From Magallana gigas (taxonomy: Eukaryota), in assembly GCF_963853765.1 (NCBI RefSeq), contig NC_088854.1:33108001-33172000 (forward strand): a stretch of DNA of 64,000 bases. The letters are read 5' to 3'. Position numbers and translations under genes: made by a program. The notes beneath the pieces were generated by a model. It was not told where the DNA came from. It made no database searches and saw only the letters and a program-made list of their open reading frames with translations. How positions within the stretch are numbered: position 1 is the stretch's first letter; every line of letters begins with the position of its first letter. Below, piece by piece: positions 61,801-64,000 of the stretch.

Positions 61801-64000
61801 GTACTCTAGTGTGTAATTTGAATTTTTTTTAGATGGGATATTTTATTGTTTTCAAAGACTATTCATTATGAACTTATAAAATGGGAATTGTGGGGTGGGG
61901 GTAGGGGTGGGAAGATTTAGTGTACAAATGTGTACCTGTCATATTAGATACATAATACCTTGAGGTTGAAAACAAAATAGCAATACTTCATTATTGTTTG
62001 TGACTTTTACTGTTATATCTTGCTTAGATCAATTATTTTCGGGTTCAATTGCTTTGATAATAATGTCACCATTTAATGAGTAATCAAAGTATTCATGAAG
62101 GCTTCATAGTGAATTAGCTAAAACTGATTTTGGTGGGGAAAAATTTAATTTGAAAGAAATTTTTGCAATTGGAAATATGATCATTTTCCTTCTATGTATT
62201 TGCAGGATCTTCAGTGCCAGCTTAAGAAAGAAAAAGAGATTGCTTCAGAGGACTACAAATCCCANNNNNNNNNNNNNNNNNNNNNNNNNNNNNNNNNNNN
62301 NNNNNNNNNNNNNNNNNNNNNNNNNNNNNNNNNNNNNNNNNNNNNNNNNNNNNNNNNNNNNNNNNNNNNNNNNNNNNNNNNNNNNNNNNNNNNNNNNNNN
62401 NNNNNACATTCTATATTCAGAGAGAAATGTTCAAGGAAAGTTTTATAAGATTTAATAAGAAACCTCTATACCTAAAACATTCTTATAAATGTTGTAAGGA
62501 CAGACACACCTACTTTATAGAAGTCCTGCTTATTGATTTCATAATCTCCCCTCAGTTTAAGGTGGATGATTTGGAAGCTCAGCTACAGACCAAGGACAAG
62601 ATCATCCAGCAGCTGACCGAGGGACTGAAGGATAAGGAGCGGCAGATGCAGCAGTGCATGGAGATCTTCAGACCCACCCCACAGGTAAGTGGTGGATCCA
62701 AGAATTGCCATGAAGCATTTTATAGAGTGGCCTTGCTTTTTTGTGGTATTTCTTAGTGTCTTGGTTATTGGCAGTGAAGTAGAAAATGATTTTCAATTAG
62801 AGGTACTTTAACACCCTCTGAAATTAAGATGAGAGTCACTGCATCAGATGGGTTTGGTTTCCATCTCCCTGCAGAGTCCTCAGGGTCTTGAGTTATTTTA
62901 TCTCTAGTCACAAAAACTTTAGTAAAAAAGGCTGTAAAGTGTAGCTCAGTATCACATCGCTATATGATTGATTGGTGAGGAGCATTGTTATATTCAACTC
63001 ATTTTAACAGGAGGACGGCTCTGTGAAAGACAAGTGGATCCGAGAGTTGCAGAGTAGGCTCCAGGAGAAGGAGAATGCTGTAGAGGTATTGCTTCACTTT
63101 GTAATGAATGTAAATCCAGATAGAAACAAAGAGTGCCTAAAATCTTTTTATTATTTGTATGATGTCAGGAACCCCATATTACTGTATATTCCTAACTTAC
63201 TCGAGAAATTAATATTCGCGTAAAGTTGTGAGAAGCAAGTCTCGCAGATTTAAATATCTCGCTTAAATTTTCCGCACAGGTGTTAACTATTTGGATTTAC
63301 ATGTATTATTAAAATTCGGCGTTTGCAATTTTGTAAGTACTCGCGTAAAATAAGGAATCTACAGTAACCCATTTTTGAAAAACCTTGATTGCCTGTGTAG
63401 ATCTTATGGTTTATTGGTAATGTTTCCATGATTGAACTATTGACCCCTATTAAATCCTTTATGCTGGCACATTTCATTTTTTTTCTCCCTACAAAAGGAC
63501 ATGTGTGATGTTAATTCAGAGGTCATGAGTTAAGTACCCTCTACATGATTTATGAGATTATGTACTTTTTCATATAAAATTACAAAGAAATTATAAATTA
63601 CCATTAGGAATCGCTAAATGAGAAAATGAAGTTAGCTGATGAGAAGGATGCAGAAATTCGGCAGTTGAAGCGCGAGATTCGTGACAAAGAGCATGAGATG
63701 GATCGAGCCAATCAGATGTTGTTGACAGCAGAACAGACCATCGAGGTAAAATTAGCGAAAAAGGAAGCACCTGTTCCTATAAAAAGAAGACAATATGTAA
63801 AACAAACTGAAATAAAGCCACTGACATAAAAAAATGTTTTTTGGTATAGGCAAAACTTTCTTGTTTATTTTTTTTTTTAACTTTGATAAATCTGATCTTT
63901 GTTGACCATTAAAAATGATTCTTTTAGTGTCTAGAGAAGGAGGGAGATGAAAAAGACAAGACACTGAAACAGCTGACAAATGCACTGAAGGCGGCTCAGC
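43868..64000 (+). CDS. CDK5RAP2: CDK5RAP2/PDE4DIP (myomegalin)/centrosomin-family gamma-tubulin-complex anchor; 3' end lies beyond the window
   Basis: CM1 (Cnn_1N) motif SPVRSRTMKEYDSQITDLKKENFNLKLRIYFMEERMQQ..NIELKVEVETLKKEL. Exons: 43868-43920 (putative first), 48794-48845, 49148-49215, 49643-49750, 50206-50282, 51327-51450, 51737-51862, 52129-52160, 52294-52429, 53924-54019, 54249-54290, 54398-54517, 55329-55421, 57269-57361, 60540-60644, 62206->62264 (runs into gap), 62556-62684, 63011-63085, 63608-63745, 63928->64000. CDK5RAP2 and PDE4DIP are vertebrate paralogues, so the symbol is nominal. The 5' exon link is unresolved. Confidence 0.88.
50420..51215. mobile_element. Non-autonomous DNA transposon, 796 bp, TAG...CTA termini, long hairpin-containing TIRs, 9-bp TSD (AcademH-like or MULE-like)
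   Basis: TSD tagagtaat at 50411-50419 and 51216-51224. Ends tagctgcaataatgtagccctctcc / ggagagggctacattattgcagcta, plus inner arms ccataggatctccgtaatggtgcaa / ttgcaccattacggagatcctatgg. Confidence 0.85.
55021..55151. other. Assembly gap (131 N)
   Basis: Run of N. Confidence 1.
56627..56945 (-). mobile_element. CR1/L2-group LINE ORF2 3' fragment
   Basis: HTLLVEQSRY...RICKYCNLGEVEDEFHFIL..LR is the typical C-terminal zinc-knuckle-like motif of this group. Confidence 0.75.
57800..58750 (-). mobile_element. Highly decayed coding remnant, possibly Helitron/Helentron helicase end + AP endonuclease
   Basis: Minus-strand fragments TLNI*..KYHLINI and GVLCLSETQI resemble the N-terminal APE motifs (LNxxSL..H / LCLxETxL). 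Confidence 0.35.
58982..59111. repeat. 68-bp-period tandem duplication (A-rich)
   Basis: aaagaaaagaaagaaaaaaagaagaatttgttaaattaagatatgctaaaaatttgataaaa occurs twice. Confidence 0.9.
60111..60644 (+). CDS. Probable alternative first coding exon of the CDK5RAP2-like gene (143 unique codons + shared exon 60540-60644)
   Basis: ATG in context aaagATGg, with an in-frame TGA two codons upstream. 143 stop-free codons run in frame into the constitutive exon. Confidence 0.6.
60716..60815. mobile_element. Short remnant of the 50420-51215 transposon terminus
   Basis: tagctgcagcaataatgtagc...gtaaacatcag...gggctacattattgcag. Confidence 0.7.
62265..62405. other. Assembly gap (141 N) interrupting a CDK5RAP2-like exon
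   Basis: Run of N begins within the exon that starts at 62206. Confidence 1.
63180..63366. mobile_element. TA-flanked MITE
   Basis: TIR tactgtatattcct / aggaatctacagta. Confidence 0.75.

Overview
AT-rich, intron-rich animal genomic DNA, most consistent with a bivalve such as an oyster (inferred from repeat families and the RING/B-box/NHL expansion; not proven). All exon structures were read by hand from GT-AG sites and frame continuity. Left to right: (1) the 3' part of an EVI5-family Rab-GAP gene (+, 15 coding exons 794-20462, 5'-truncated), with a 10.1-kb intron at the TBC/coiled-coil boundary that holds candidate alternative first exons; (2) two tandem single-exon RING + B-box + beta-propeller (TRIM/NHL-like) paralogues lacking the coiled coil (23524-25044, 31055-32638), separated by a decayed HERO-like retrotransposon, an RTE fragment and a MITE; (3) a 5-exon C2H2 zinc-finger gene (-, ~875 aa, ~16 fingers) with an unrecognised ~60-aa N-terminal module; (4) head-to-head with it, a CDK5RAP2/myomegalin (centrosomin-family) gene (+, 43868 to beyond 64000) with a clear CM1 motif and a probable internal Trp-rich alternative first exon. 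There are also many MITEs and hairpin elements, a tRNA-derived SINE, a 9-bp-TSD transposon and two assembly gaps. No rRNA, true tRNA or CRISPR array was seen. Best leads: probable 'headless' isoforms of both coiled-coil genes, the ZNF N-terminal module, and the coiled-coil-less TRIM-like pair.
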